NCBI GenBank assembly: GCA_048213135.1
Contig: PS015707.1
Span: 19,105-52,652, forward strand
Direction of reading: 5' to 3'
DNA from: Reclinomonas americana ATCC 50394
Lineage: Eukaryota
Length of the DNA: 33,548 nt
The position numbers were made by a program, and so were the translations under genes. The notes under the pieces are model-generated. The model searched no databases, was not told where the DNA came from, and was given only the letters and a program-made list of their open reading frames with translations. Numbering within the stretch: position 1 is the first letter of the stretch; each line of letters starts with the position of its first letter. This document shows, piece by piece, positions 1 through 20,286 of the stretch.

Positions 1-462
1 ATCACGTGGTGGTGCGCTGTCGATGAACCTGACGGACACGGATCCGGTGGGCTTCACGGCTGTCAACTCTGTGTTTGGCAACAACCGCGCTGTTTTTCAG
101 TCTGCCTATGGCGGTCTGGTGGCGAGCGGTGCCGGCGGTGCTGTGTTCTTCCTCGGAGAAGGTTTCGTTCTCCTCCTTTGTGATTCACTCCCAGTCGTCT
201 CACTCGCGTCGACATGTACAGGACCGCGGTTGGACTTGCTTCAGCAAAACATCGATAGCCGCCTCCTCAACACGTGCACTTTCCAACCGAATTTTGCGGT
301 GTGGGGCCAGCAGATGGCCTCAGGTTGCGGAACTTTGGTCGCTTTGCTGCATTCTCTGGCTGTGAACCTCACTTCTCGCTCACACGCAGGTGCGTACGGA
401 GTGGTATCCACCTCGAGCACCCGTGACGGGCAAGGCAATATTCAGCTGCCATCCGGAAGGTT
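1..462 (+). CDS. Partial multi-exon gene, Pmp-like/pectin-lyase beta-helix repeat protein fragment (open at window edge and at gap)
   Basis: Frame reads SVFGNNRAVFQSAYGGLVASGAGGAVFFLG (FxxN...GGAV); plausible introns from ~162 (GTTTCG) and 324-389 (GTTGCG..CAG); runs into N gap at 463. Confidence 0.55.
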
Positions 463-482
463 NNNNNNNNNNNNNNNNNNNN

Positions 483-9224
<8,742 letters not shown>

Positions 9225-9293
9225 GTGAGTGACGAGTCGCGCGCGTGTGAGTGTGTGACAGTGATGATTGTTCGCACAGAGTGCTCGCGACGA

Positions 9294-9780
9294 NNNNNNN
9301 NNNNNNNNNNNNNNNNNNNNNNNNNNNNNNNNNNNNNNNNNNNNNNNNNNNNNNNNNNNNNNNNNNNNNNNNNNNNNNNNNNNNNNNNNNNNNNNNNNNN
9401 NNNNNNNNNNNNNNNNNNNNNNNNNNNNNNNNNNNNNNNNNNNNNNNNNNNNNNNNNNNNNNNNNNNNNNNNNNNNNNNNNNNNNNNNNNNNNNNNNNNN
9501 NNNNNNNNNNNNNNNNNNNNNNNNNNNNNNNNNNNNNNNNNNNNNNNNNNNNNNNNNNNNNNNNNNNNNNNNNNNNNNNNNNNNNNNNNNNNNNNNNNNN
9601 NNNNNNNNNNNNNNNNNNNNNNNNNNNNNNNNNNNNNNNNNNNNNNNNNNNNNNNNNNNNNNNNNNNNNNNNNNNNNNNNNNNNNNNNNNNNNNNNNNNN
9701 NNNNNNNNNNNNNNNNNNNNNNNNNNNNNNNNNNNNNNNNNNNNNNNNNNNNNNNNNNNNNNNNNNNNNNNNNNNNNNNN
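9294..9780. other. Assembly gap (others at 463-482, 15569-15588, 24977-25950, 26780-27641)
   Basis: N runs. Confidence 1.
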
Positions 9781-9823
9781 CGTTCGTTCGTACGTAACGA
9801 CGACACGACGACGACGACGACTA

Positions 9824-9825
<2 letters not shown>

Positions 9826-9899
<74 letters not shown>
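9826..9899. repeat. (AC)n microsatellite preceded by (GAC)n
   Basis: Directly visible next to the 9294-9780 gap. Confidence 0.95.
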
Positions 9900-9901
<2 letters not shown>

Positions 9902-9951
9902 CCTCACTACCCTTCCCTCTCTTCCCTCTCCCTTCCCTCCTCCACACACAG

Positions 9952-11867
9952 GATAACACGCAGTTGGAGAAGGCCAGCATCATGCCACACCGATACGCCA
10001 TGTATCACGTGGACCCGTCGCACTCGGAAGCGCGTCTGCGCATTGTGGTCAAGTCGACGCGCGCTGACGATCGAGTGACGACCTTTGGCAAGTTCGGGTC
10101 GAGAGTGTATGCCTACAATCGCACGTACCAGGCGGTGTCGGAAGTTGCGCTCTCGCGCTCGGAGACAGCGATTGACATGCACAGCCTTAACTGCCTCTTC
10201 GTCTCGCGCAGATCTCGCCATGGGCGTTCCTTGTGCTTCCCGAGGACATGACGTGCGGTCCACCTACGTATGCAGGTGATTGGCGTGTGGTTGATCCTTG
10301 ACTGCAAGTGGTGGTGGTGCTGATCCGCATAATGTGGCAGCTGGTACGTGTCAGCGCCTGTATGTGAGCGTGATGGGCGACAACAAGTTTCCGGCCACCA
10401 GTGGAACGTCGGCGTACTCGGTGGTCATCATGTCTGGTGTGTGTGTGTGTGTGCGCGCGCTTGCGCGCCGAGGGTCATCTTGTGTGCTCACCTGTGTGCG
10501 CAGACTTTGATTTCAAGGATTTCTCGTGCCCCGACGACAACACTGGCGCGCACGACTGCACCAAGAGCGCGCTGGTGAAGGTCGGCGGTGCCACCACCGT
10601 GTTCGACCCGATTGTGAATCAGGCGGTTCTCCGACTTGTGGACGGGTCGTTGATGCCGACGTCGGCCAGGAAGAACCAGCTCGGTACGTTCTCCGTCAAC
10701 TTGACGACGTGCATATCACAGCCTGATGTGTCTCTCTACCAGGTGGCTGGTTCTACAAGAACCCGAAGCGTCTGATTGACTCCTTCGACACCATGTTCAA
10801 GTTCCGCATTCACACGCAGAGCGAGTGCAACGATCCGCAGGAGTTTCCTCACTGCCACGGCGGCGATGGCTTTGCCTTTGTCTTGTATGGCGGTGTGGTG
10901 CGTCACCGTTGTGGTCCTCATGCCGCACTTCGCCTTCATGATTTGAATGGGTGTTTTTGCTCCAGTCTGCCAGCGAGTTGCCGAGCGTGATCAAGAACTC
11001 TGGTTCCGCGCTCGGCTTCGCCTGCACGGATCCGCTCACCGGCTGCAAGACGGGCCTGCAGAAGAGTTTGGCCGTCGAGTTCGACACGTGGATCAACCAG
11101 GACAAGACGGATCCTGTGGCGGTGCGTGTGTGGGTGTGGGATTGCTCAAGTCGTTGTCTATTGTCAAGCTCACGCCTCTGTCGCTCCTGCAGGGTGTCCA
11201 CTATTACAAAAACGCCTCGGGCAAAACCGTCGACTCGTTCCGAGGGAACCACGTGGCGATCTTCTCGTCGGGTGAGAACCCCAACGGCAATCACCATTAC
11301 TTGTCGGTGAGTGTCCGCGTTGCACGCGCTGAGCATTCTCTCGCACTCTTATTCACCCTGCTTCGTGGCGCGTGCACAGCCTCCTCATCTGGGCACCACG
11401 TTATTCATTCCCGACTTGAGGTGTGTGAAGCAATCCAAATGTCATGGGCTCGAACTGCAAAACCTGACTCAACCATTCGCAGCGACGGACAGGTGCACAC
11501 GGTGGTGATTCAGTATTCCAAGTCCACTGCCCGTGTGGACGTGTATGTTGACGATCTCGATGTGCCAGCACTGGCGGCCGAGGTCATTTTCAGTTGCGTG
11601 TTCTTCTGCATCTTTGTTGTGTGTTCGCATGGATTGTCACCAACACTCGTGCGCACTCAAACAGAGGTGGACGAGGAGCAGCTGCGCACTGGTCGTGCGT
11701 TCATCGGCTTTGTTGGCTCCACCGGCAACACGTACCAGACCGTCGACATTCTCTCGTGGAGGTTCTGCCAGGCTGTCGGATGCGACAGTTGCGTCGTCGT
11801 CGTCGTCGTCGTGCCACTATGCAGCACGCACTCCCGCTTACAGGCCGTCTGTCTTGCAGTTTTCTAA
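9952..11867 (+). CDS. Legume-like (L-type) lectin domain protein, multi-exon; 5' end probably in the gap
   Basis: Joined exons give SFDTMFKFRI, GGDGFAFVL, SLAVEFDTWIN, NHVAI, DGQVHTVVIQY, AFIGFVGSTG and DILSWRF, which are hallmark L-type lectin motifs; unrecognised N-terminal region before about 10504. Confidence 0.85.
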
Positions 11868-11914
11868 TCCCCACCTCCACTAAGAGTCGCGCTTCACTTG
11901 TATGCATTCCGCGC

Positions 11915-14900
11915 TCACCGCTGTAAGACCTTGTACACATCGCGATGATGGCACACATCCTCCTTCTGCGAGCAATAAAATACGGCCAATCCGTCATCCG
12001 GTCGTCTTGCACTGGACGCCGTCGAGCAGCCACAGTCCTCCCACGAACGCGACTCCACTGTTCCCCGCAGGCGAAACAACGATGAGTACGAGCTCACACG
12101 CACACACATTCGAGAAAACATAATCAACGCAACCCCGTTTGCCTCGTCGCAGCAGCATGTCGTATCTGGCGGCGAGACTGATCACGTCTTCTGACAGCAC
12201 CTTGTACGAGCCCTCCTGGAGCACCTTCTTCAGCGCCACGTCCGACACGATCTTGCGCAGCTTCTCTCGCAGGTTGGGGATTTTCATGCCCTCGGGGATC
12301 TGCTTGATCAACTCGACCGCATCCTGCACACACATACATCATCATTATCACCACCGCACGAGTTACCACTATTTTCTCGTTCAAATCACGCAACAAACTC
12401 GGTGCCGATGTGATCCAACAAGCTGGCAATGTGCTCCGGGTCCTTGACACTCAGCTGGATCAGGTCCTGCTTCAGACCGACGTCGTTGTGGTCCACCACA
12501 AACTCCACCGCCATCCGCACGTTGCGGAGCTTCTCCATAATCAAGTGCAACGCCTGCTTCAGGTTGCCCATGCGGCCAAGCACATACACCACCTCCTCGT
12601 TCCTTCCGTAGTGTCTGCGGCGCGAAAGAACGTGAGCAGTGGGGAGGAATAAACCAACCAGGATCAACAACGGTATCAACGGAACTCGCAGATGGCCAAC
12701 GCTCGGTCCAGCATGTAGTGGTCGCTGCGCTCCAAAAACTTGAGTAGCAATTTCTGTTCGCGGTCTTGCGGAGTATCGTACTTGCAGTACAGCTCAATCT
12801 GCATGGGGGTGAACAGACACTCTCTTTTGAGAAACAATAGCATCCCATTTAGAGGACTGGGAGGAACGCACCTGTCTCTCGTGGAACTGAGCGCCAGCTG
12901 CCCTATCCTTTTCAAACAGCGCATGCAAAAAGTAGTGCAGGTTCTCTTCCCGACCAATGGCCTCCAGTTGTGCCACCACCCGCTCCGGCTGCGACAAAGC
13001 ATGTCAGCGAAAATGCAAATGGACACACACGCGCAAACACACCACGGCGCGCGACTCAACCTTGATGCGATCGGCATTGGCAACAAACAACTCCACGGCC
13101 CGCTGCACATTAAATTCGAGCAACTCCTGCAGGCTGTCTTGCACTTCGTGGAACAAGTTGTTTTCGCGAATGTAGTCAAAGGCCGACTCCTTGCGGAGCT
13201 GTAGATACAGCTGTAGTGTCCGCGTCTGGTTACCTTGGCGTCGGTACCTGTGGCGTGCCACCGCACGTCAGTTTCTCTGCTCCACATAACAAAGCACACA
13301 CGGGCATCGGTGACGCAACAACTCCGCCAAGCCCTCCATCAATAGTTCACGCCCTCGACCTTCCGCAGTACGAATGGCGTCCTCGGCGGCCACAATCACC
13401 GTGTGCACGTTGTACAAATCGATTGGCCACGAAAACACGCGTTCCACAAAACGCTCCGGATCCAGAGCAATGAAACGCGACAACACCATCTCGTACACCT
13501 CGGCCGGCAACGCATCCTCTGGATTCACGTCGAACGGGATGTGCACGGCGATGGCCTGGCATACCGACGACGATGACAAGGTGTGAGACAAGTGCTATTC
13601 GTTTCCCCTCGACCCCTCTCGTAACGCACCGGTAGTTTGTTCTTCTGGTCAAACGTGTAAATCCACTTCTCCCACAGCGCCTTGTTGTTGCCAAAAAATC
13701 TCTTGCACTGCTCAGCCGCAAAGTCGTAGTCATCTGGGCACGCAAGTCAATTTTTCTTTTTCCACACATTTCGCATAGATGAGGACGCAACTGCTCTCCA
13801 TCAGAGACGTCAGGTAGCTCTCCGCCACCGTCACCAGCGTGTTGGGTGGCAGAATGGCAGCATTTTGCTGCGCACACTCCAGGGCCTTGGTGAACCTGCA
13901 CAAAACAACATGAGGCCACTGCCGACGGAGAAGGAAAAAAGGGTATGGAGGACTCAACTCGCTGCGGGTCACCAGCCACGTGATGTGGTCGTACATGGTC
14001 CGATTGCGCACGGCCACAATGTCGTGAGGTGAGACCACATAGTAGGTGGCCACCCCATTGACCACCACCCACTCCAACGAGTAATCGCGCCAGTCACATT
14101 CGTGGTGCCTGTGCAAGTGTGCGCGCGAGATGAGAATCAGTGCGCGGGGACAACGACGACGACGACGACAACCACTACTCACCCTCGCAGCGGCAACTCG
14201 TCCGTCAGGTGCTCCTCATTTCTCCTCGAAACGATGCGCACTTCGGGCTTGGCGCCGGTTTGTGCTACGGGATCGTCAGCCTGAAAGCAAATTGCGTGTC
14301 AATGATCTGCATCGACTGAGATTGTTCATGACAAACACCACCACACGCAACGGGCGCATCGTCTGATCTCGGGTACGCCACCAGCACCAGCCGGTCGGCG
14401 TCGAGTGGTCGGATGCCGCATACCGTGTAGTCCGTCATAAACCTGCAAGACACCAATGAGTGAGAATGCTGTAGGGACAGATAGCACAACAGAGGAGCAA
14501 CGCAACATGGAGGTGATTTCCATACACCGAGCGGGAAGACCCGAGTCTCGCTGCTCCTGCGTCGTATCCTACAGGGAAAGCACGAAAGCCGATGAGCAAG
14601 CTCGGAAGACCGATGGAGAAACACTGACTGGCCGTACCTTGACTTGTGCAATGGTGACCGTGTTGGCCCAGGCAATCAGCAACCGCACGCCCGTCTCCCA
14701 CACCAGACTGCACTGGTACAAGTCAGGTCGCAAGTTGCTGGCTGGCCTGTGAATGTTGGTGATCTTTTGGCCGAGCGACAAGTCGTGGACCTGCGGGTTT
14801 CCACCAGGTTTTCAGCAACGCACCCACCGACAATCTCTCTCACTCTCTCACTCACACGACCCACACACCTTGACACCCCGATCATTGGCCCAGGCGATCA

Positions 14901-15345
14901 GTGGTCCGCACCACGCCACGCGAGTGATGGTGCCCTCGTTCTGATACAACACCGTGTCTTTCGTCGAGAACCAACCTGCACAAACACACACGTTCAGCAC
15001 GGGGAAATGAGAGATGTGGCAAACAAGCCGCACTCACCCTTGGTCGAGAACACCAGCTTCTGCCCCGCTCCGCCCGACACAAACGGCTTGGAGTTGCGCA
15101 GCTTGTACGCCGGATCGAGCGCCACACACCGCAAGCCCTTCTCCTGCTGCGGAAACTCGGCGCTCTCCCGAGCAAACGTCGTCGTGATCACAACTCGCCC
15201 ATCATTGGCGCACGTCGCAATCCAGTCACCGCTGTCATCCGTCGACATGTCGTTCACCGGAATGCCCGAGTGTGGCTTGAATCGTCGCACTTCCTTCCCC
15301 TGATGGTCGTACACAATCACCTGTCCGCTGTGCAATCCAATGGCC
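11915..15345 (-). CDS. VPS41: Vacuolar protein sorting 41 (HOPS subunit), multi-exon; first exon(s) unresolved near the gap
   Basis: WD40 start AIGLHSGQVIVYDHQG..VNDMSTDDSGDWIATCANDGRV, WCGPLIAWANDRGVK, YYVVSPHDIV, DHITWL, clathrin-repeat-like EEVVYVLGRMGNLKQAL, and IPEGMKIPNLREKLRKIVSD. Confidence 0.93.
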
Positions 15346-15365
15346 TGCAGTCATCAATGAGTGCG

Positions 15366-15498
15366 AGAGTGTGTGTGTGAGAGAGAGAGAGAGAGAGTGG
15401 GAGAGAGAGAGGAGGGAGGGAGTGAGTGAGTGTGTGTGGTTTGACAAAGGATGACGCGCTCAGATGCTCTTCTCTTTTCTCTCCCTTTTCTCTCCTCT

Positions 15499-15568
<70 letters not shown>
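15366..15568. repeat. Compound (GA)n/(TC)n/(AC)n low-complexity tract
   Basis: Visible dinucleotide runs flanking gap 15569-15588. Confidence 0.9.
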
Positions 15569-15704
15569 NNNNNNNNNNNNNNNNNNNNAAAGACGGAGTC
15601 AATCGATCTGCACTCTGTTAGTCAGTAAGTGACTTTTGTGTTTGTGTGATGTCTCTGAGTGCATCATGCGTGGCCATTCTGGAGGCACTTGCACGCGGAC
15701 ACAG

Positions 15705-18397
15705 TGAGCAACGCAATGATGTCTTTCTCGTCCTCAATGCCGTGTTTGCATGCGTCGGAGCAGTGCTTGTCGTTGTTTCGTCTGTGTCTCTCTCTCTCTC
15801 TCAGTGTCTGTCTGTCTCTCTCACACATGCACACAGCTGTTCTGGTTCGCGCGCAAGCTTCCTTATCTCAAAGCCCGCTCACCTCTGCTCTCAATGCTCA
15901 ATGGATTGCAGCTGATCATTGGAAATATGTTCTCGTTCAGTCAATACCCCTCTGCGCGCATGTTGTTGCACGCCCGCGCTCATGTCGCGTGTTTTTCATA
16001 GTGCTTTGGTGAACCTTTCATCGGTGCCGTGTATGGTTCTGTGGGCGGCGCCGTTCCTGGTCACGCCGATCTTTATCATTGGACAGGTGTTTCGCTGTGT
16101 GCGACTGATGCTCATCTTTCGGCGATCGGAGGCGCAGGCGAAGCGTGCGACACGCTCTTCTTCTTCGCGTAGGCGACGGCCTACGTTGGCGTCGAGGAAA
16201 GGGAACAAGTCACCGCGGGAGTCGAGCGACAGAAGGCGACGAACGCTGGTGGCGTTTGAGGTCGATACGCATAAGGACGAGCATGAGGAGGAGGAGGAGA
16301 TCTCGCAGGGGGTGTTGTCGTCGCCTTCCGGGGCGCGTAGTGAGGAGGAGATGCAGCCGTTGGCGGCCGATGTCGATGCGCAGTCGATGCTGTCGGTGGA
16401 GACGGCGGTGGAGACGGCCGATACGCTCGGTCGCTTTGCGTCGTCGTTTACGGGCGGGGACTCGCTCGACACGGAGAGTGTGGCGGGCGACACGACGCTG
16501 GTCGAGGCCAGCTCCCGCGATCGGCGGTTCAGCGAGGAGTACATGCTGCGGTGGTACTTTGCAGTCGTGGTGCTCATGCTCGTCATCTGGGTGGCCGTGG
16601 GACTGTCGGTGAGTGCACAGCAAGGAGCAAGTTGAGCTGGCGCTGGGCAATGACGGTGTGTCTCGTTGCAGGTGGCGAGCTCGTACCGCACGTCGCAGGC
16701 GCCGACCGAAGAATCGTGTCTGTGCGCCAATCTGGTGCGCTACTTTACTGTCGGCAGCTTCATGGTGGCGCTGGTGTTTGACGTGCTCCAGCTGTACATG
16801 GTTCGCCTTTGCTGTTGTCTGTCTCTCTCTCCAGAAGTGTGTATTCACCTCGTTTGATGCAGATCTACCTGTTGCGCGGCGTGCGCGACCAGTTCTCCAT
16901 CAACACAGAACTCAAAATCACCGTTGCGTGAGGGAATCTCTCTTGCCTCCTCTCCAAGTCCTCACCCGGCGTCCCCTCAGTGCCTGCTGGCATTCGTCAG
17001 CCTGATGCCACCCGTCGTGGTGTCGTTCACGACGGAATTCGGCGGCTCCGCGTACCAAGTGATTCAGCTGATTTTCAGTTTCATCCTTATCGAATCCATG
17101 CTGGTGGCCGTCATCCTGGTCCCGCTGGTACAGGCGTGGCGTGATTGGCGCGCCTCTGCGCATCTATCCTCTCGCTTCTTGGCAATTCGGCCAATGGAGC
17201 AGCATCTGTTGCCGGCCGACAACTTTGAGCATGTCATGTCGCAGACGCACGCGCGGCAGCTGTTCAAGCGGTACTTGGTGTCGGAATTCAGGTGCGATCG
17301 CATTGTGGGGGGAAGGCATGCTTCCATTTGCACTCACAATTGAATGTGCGTGTGTGCGTAGCGTGGAGAACATGGTGCGCTGCGTTGCTTGCCCCTTTTC
17401 GCTTTCCTCCCACCCACCCACTCACTCTTTGCGTGGTTATCAGCTGTTCTGGGAGGACGTGGAGAAACTGAAGGAGTACTTCCTTCGACATGTACTGTCG
17501 CATGCAGCTGATACGTCGCTCGTCGGCACCGATAGCAGCTCCGGACGCGTGTATCACGTCAACATGACCGACACCAGCGGCAGGTTTGCATGAGAAATGA
17601 GTGCGACCTTGTATTTCCTTCCTCACTCGCCCTGCTACAGTTCGAATCCAAACACGCCAAGAGGATCCGTGCGGCATCCGGTCGTGCTCTGCCGCATGGT
17701 GCGCGCATGTTTTCACATCCGCTCTTGCTCGCTGCGCACACTCTCCCTCACTCACTCCCTCCCCTTCTCCACCTCAGTGCGACAAATTATATCAGCGGTA
17801 CATTGCCTCTGGCGCCGAGAACGAACTCAATCTTCCCGGCTCAATCACGGGCGAGATCCGCGAGGCCTTCCTCAAACACCACCCCAATCCCTACGCCTTC
17901 ATGCTGGTCGACCGCTCCAATCGCCCACAATCGGTCGACAAGAGAATCACGCTGTACCCGACCGGCATCCCAGTGCCGGGCACCATCCTGCCACCCTCAA
18001 TGTCCTTCCTCGGCAGCGGCTCCAGTACCGGAAGCTCCATCACACAAGCGGCACTGGCGGCTGTCGTCTCCGCGGGCACCAATAGCGACGTGCCGGTGCC
18101 GACCAATTCCGTGGTCACCATCTTTGACTCGGCCCTCAACAGCGTTCTTTACACATTATGGTATTGTCGACGTGCTTGCTGCACGTCCTCTTCTCACTGT
18201 TCCTCACATGCTGCGTGCGTCATACAGTACCGACAGCTTCCGTCGCTTCGTGGCCTCACCCGACTTCCTGGCACACCTGCGCAGCGAAAGAGAAATCCTG
18301 GTCTGCCAACGTCGCCACCTCCGTTCTCGTGCGAATTTCTTCTCACCCTTCTTCTCTCGTGCTGCAGAGCCGCATCGTAGGCGCCCGCATGTTATAG
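15705..18397 (+). CDS. 7TM-RGS fusion protein (multipass membrane domain plus C-terminal RGS domain); start uncertain
   Basis: Hydrophobic segments with YLKARSP, VPCMVLW and VRDQFSINTELK; RGS motifs FKRYLVSEFSVENMLFWEDV, YIASGAENELNLP and IFDSA...TDSFRRF; stop TAG at 18395-18397 after SRIVGARML. Confidence 0.87.
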
Positions 18398-18489
18398 TAG
18401 CACTCTTACGCACGTAAGCCCCAAGCCCAACTTAATAATAAATATGTTTAACATCGCGTCCTCCTGATCCTCCCTACTCGTCACTTGCA

Positions 18490-20243
18490 ATGCGTCGTGG
18501 GAGCGCAGGAGCCTCTTCCTCTGGGAAGCGAGACAAGCGATCAAGTAAACAGTCAGCAGCACCTCCACCAACAGCAGCTGCAGCAAGTGAAGAAGAGCAG
18601 GCAGGCATTGACACGCGATCATCGAAGGTTCTTCCTCTCTCCCTGAATGTGTGTGAGAGTGCACAGCTCACGCACACTCTTGTGTGAGTGCAGTCGCCCA
18701 CAGCACTCGTTGAGCCGCTGCTTAACAACGTACTAGGCGAGACACGCGCTGACTATTGGGCACGCATCGCGCCCTCACCAGAGTACACGTGCGTGCATGC
18801 ATGCATGCATCTCTCTCGCTCTCTTTCTGTCTGTGAGACTGAGGTAAGGCGACTGCAGGTGGCACCTGCGACTCCGACCACGCCTGCCCATTGGACGACT
18901 ACTGTTGTACTTGCACGAGAAGGCGGCGCCGTTTGCGGGAAGCTGTGCGAGTTGGGAAGGCGTGCGAGCAGTGATTGCGCAATGGGCGGTGTTGCTTGTC
19001 GTGCAGGCTGTGCTGGTGTATCGCTCGACGTTTCTGGGATGGGGCTTGATGGCGCTGGGTGTCTTCTTTCAGGTACACGATTGAGGAGGGGGGGCGAAGG
19101 AGAAGGCTGCGCAGTGCGTGAAAGTGATTGTGAAATCGATGATGTGCAGTGGCAGGAGCTGAATGTGTCGCGACCTGAGTTCCCCGACGAGCGGTTCCTG
19201 GTGCGCGACATGATGCGCGAGGAGTATGATGTGGACGAGGTGGCAGAGTCGCCGCTGCTGCCGTTTTGTGCGTGTGCACACGCCTTCTTTTCTTCGATGT
19301 GCGTTGCATGTGGCTGATATGAGTGAGGGGTATGCAGTGGAATCGCGCATTCGACGAACGTCGGTGGCGCTGACGCCGCTGCACATGTGCAACGTCGTGC
19401 TGAAGGTGGCCCCGGTGGCCTTGGTGTGTCTGGCAATCGGTTGGCCGGCTGGCAAGGGCATGGTGAGTGACGCGCGAATCCGTTGTCATGGTGTGCATGA
19501 GTGCCGATCCTCCTTCCTCTCCTTCAGGTTAGAGGAGTTGTTAACGCCATTGGAATTACCCTGCTGCTCGGCGACGCGTGCTGGCCTTACCTGCACCAAG
19601 ACACGTACGGACTGCCGTCGAGACGGTGCGAGTCGCCGTTGCAGGCGCTGCTCACCATAGGCGTGTTTGCACGCGATGCTCCGGCCTTGTGCGCCCTCGG
19701 CGCCTTTATCGTCCTCGTGTCGTGGCGGTGCTTTTTGCAGTTGCGCACGCACACACCATCGCATGTCACCTCGGTGGTCAGCGAATGCGTGCCCATTCCC
19801 TGGTTTTTTGCAGGTACACGGTGAGCACGCGAGTCTACGACAAGTGCATGCCGGTGCAGCTGCGTGCCACCGCTCCGATGGTTCTCCTGAGCCAAATCCA
19901 CCCCGGCTTCCAACATGGCTTCTTCACCGCACCCTCGCCACCGCCCACCGGCGAACGGCAACGCCTCACCTGCGTCTCCACCTCGCACGTCCTCGACTAC
20001 ATCTTCGTGGCCGTCGTGTGGACCGCCTTTGCCGCCCTCGCCTACCGCGCCTCACCGTTCGCCTACAAGGCCGTCATCGGCGTCGCCCTCGGCCTCTTCC
20101 TCACACGACCTTCGTACGATCCCGACCTGCACTCACTCGCCACGCTCAAGGCCTCCATTAAGAAGTGGTACTGGTGGCTCGGCTATGCACTGCTGGCGGC
20201 CGCCGAGTGGGACCTCTTGTCGGCACTCACTCGCGAACCTTGA
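18490..20243 (+). CDS. Hypothetical multipass membrane protein, multi-exon
   Basis: Joinable GT-AG exons from MRRGSAGASSSGK through TFLGWGLMALGVFFQ, VAPVALVCLAIGW, YIFVAVVWTAFAALAY, VIGVALGLFL and WYWWLGYALL to stop at 20243; no family recognised. Confidence 0.6.
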
Positions 20244-20286
20244 GCTGTCCTGTGAACACCCGCCCAACAATAGTGAAAAAGCAATC

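Noticed and set aside
10277-10294. Stop-codon reassignment (in-frame TGA)
   Set aside because: Explained by an intron; conserved exons checked (GSTZ, VPS41, channel) contain no internal stops, and TAA, TAG and TGA all appear as terminators.
11788-11859. Poly-Val C-terminal TM anchor on the lectin
   Set aside because: A (GTC)n run inside a probable GTTGCG..CAG intron; splicing gives GCDIF* at the same stop.
15449-15467. ASERVI on the - strand as the missing upstream VPS41 exon
   Set aside because: Would need a non-GT donor and sits in low-complexity sequence beside a gap; cannot be supported.
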